Shown: in pieces, positions 48,863 through 49,955 of the stretch
Layout: the number at the start of each line of letters is the position of its first letter
How positions within the stretch are numbered: the stretch's first letter is position 1
Assembly (NCBI GenBank): GCA_048938005.1
Contig: JBHLMQ010000020.1
Location: forward strand, 1-49,955
From: Promethearchaeota archaeon
GTDB lineage: Archaea; Asgardarchaeota; Lokiarchaeia; Sigyniarchaeales; SOKP01
Direction of reading: 5' to 3'
DNA: 49,955 nt
Notes under the pieces: model-generated
What the model was told of the DNA's origin: nothing
The model's input: only the letters and a program-made list of their open reading frames with translations
The model's database searches: none
Made by a program: the position numbers and the translations under genes

Positions 48863-49955
48863 ATGGCAAAACAATTATGGTATGATTTAGCAAACCTTTT
48901 CTCAAAGATGTGTCGATTCATTTTTCCTATAAATGAATCATATATAGAATTACTAAAGACGCTTTTAACAGAAGAAGAAGCTAATTTTCTTCTAATTTTT
49001 GAAAAACCAAATTTGAATATCAATGAAATTAAAGAAAAAATCAATTTGGATGAGGAAACTTTAAAACAAATTCTAGATCGGCTATTGAATAAAGGTATTA
49101 TTACTGGAATTCCTAGTAGAAGTACTGGAATTATGGTGTATACACTAATGCCGCTTTTTCCCGGGATTTTCGAATACTCTTTCATGAAAGGAGAAACTAC
49201 AGAAACACAAAAACAATTAGCTAGAATATTTGAGAAAATGTTTTCTGATGCTTCAAAATTTACTCAAACCAACTATAACGAGGCATTGGATAGGTTAAAA
49301 ACTTTCACACCCCTTGATAGAATTGTTCCAGTTGAAGAACAAATAGAAGTACAACAAGAACAAATAATTCCATATGAGGAAGTAGTAAAACTTATAGAAT
49401 CATCAGATACAATAGGTGTTGCTCATTGTTATTGTAGACACTTTAAAAATCTTTTAGATGAGCAATGTAATTTAAATGCTTCTAAATTGAATTGTCTTCA
49501 ATTAGGAAAGAATGCTCAATTTGCGATTAAATATGGATTTTCAAAACAGATTTCTAAAGAAGAAGCACTTGAAATTTTACAAGAAGCTGAAGATCAAGGC
49601 CTCGTTCATAAAGCTATTCATGTAAACCAAAACCCAGAAAAGCCTGAAGCTGCTATTTGCAACTGTTGTAAATGCTGCTGTGAAACTTTTCAAATGTATT
49701 ACCGTGGAATGGCACCTTTTCATTCACTTACTTCCTATGTTTCAATAGTAGATAAAGATCTATGCGTTGGATGCGAAACTTGTGTTAATATATGCCCTGT
49801 AGAAGCTCCCGAATTGATAGATACCATATCGGTTATAAATGAGGAAAGATGCATTGGATGTGGTGTCTGTGCTCATCATTGCCCTGAAGAAGCTATTAGA
49901 TTAGAACGAACAGGTCCAAGAATTGTTTTTGTTCCTCCACCAAAAATAAAACAAA
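48863..49955 (+). CDS. Winged-helix + 4Fe-4S dicluster protein (3'-truncated; absent from ORF track)
   Basis: Hand translation MAKQLWYDLANLF..LLTEEEA..; CYCRH, GLVH, ICNCCKCCC, CVGCETCVNICP, CIGCGVCAHHCP; no stop before the window end. Confidence 0.85.
   Translation, partial: MAKQLWYDLANLFSKMCRFIFPINESYIELLKTLLTEEEANFLLIFEKPNLNINEIKEKINLDEETLKQILDRLLNKGIITGIPSRSTGIMVYTLMPLFPGIFEYSFMKGETTETQKQLARIFEKMFSDASKFTQTNYNEALDRLKTFTPLDRIVPVEEQIEVQQEQIIPYEEVVKLIESSDTIGVAHCYCRHFKNLLDEQCNLNASKLNCLQLGKNAQFAIKYGFSKQISKEEALEILQEAEDQGLVHKAIHVNQNPEKPEAAICNCCKCCCETFQMYYRGMAPFHSLTSYVSIVDKDLCVGCETCVNICPVEAPELIDTISVINEERCIGCGVCAHHCPEEAIRLERTGPRIVFVPPPKIKQ

Noticed and set aside
1449-49185. Short overlapping ORFs in the track (e.g. 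1449-1631, 2833-3192, 6966-7325, 8507-8806, 25434-26575, 48811-49185)
   Set aside because: They lie antisense or out of frame within well-supported genes and have no recognisable motifs; treated as shadow ORFs.
1-49955. CRISPR arrays, tRNA/rRNA genes, IS elements or provirus
   Set aside because: No periodic repeats, GC-rich structured RNA segments, transposase or integrase were seen by eye; short or split RNA genes could have been missed.

Overview
AT-rich, gene-dense archaeal chromosomal segment, most likely from an Asgard archaeon (Lokiarchaeia-like). This assignment is inferred from archaeal RadA, EndA, CdhA, an MtrH-like protein and AtpA occurring together with several eukaryotic-signature-type genes. 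About 45 CDSs are supported; I saw no rRNA, tRNA, CRISPR array or mobile element. Main themes: (1) Eukaryote-like signalling/trafficking genes between ~20 and 34 kb: a small GTPase with a longin-like N-terminal domain next to a V4R gene; an HhH + Rag-like GTPase + roadblock fusion divergent from a p44/Ssl1-like vWA protein with two C4HC3 RING-type fingers; and an alpha-SNAP-like TPR protein. (2) Dispersed alpha-glucan/glycogen genes: GH57 branching enzyme, GH57 glucanotransferase, maltokinase, a GalT/HIT-like transferase, and a nucleotidyltransferase plus a catalytically degenerate PGM/PMM that together look like a split MPG1-type enzyme. (3) An orphan cdhA with a CooJ-motif microprotein nearby. 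(4) Smaller oddities: a divergent AtpA with an R->P change, an OsmC triplication, probable ATT start codons, a radical SAM gene with Cys->Tyr in its cluster motif, and two tandem basic microproteins. All family assignments come from motif recognition by eye, not database searches.
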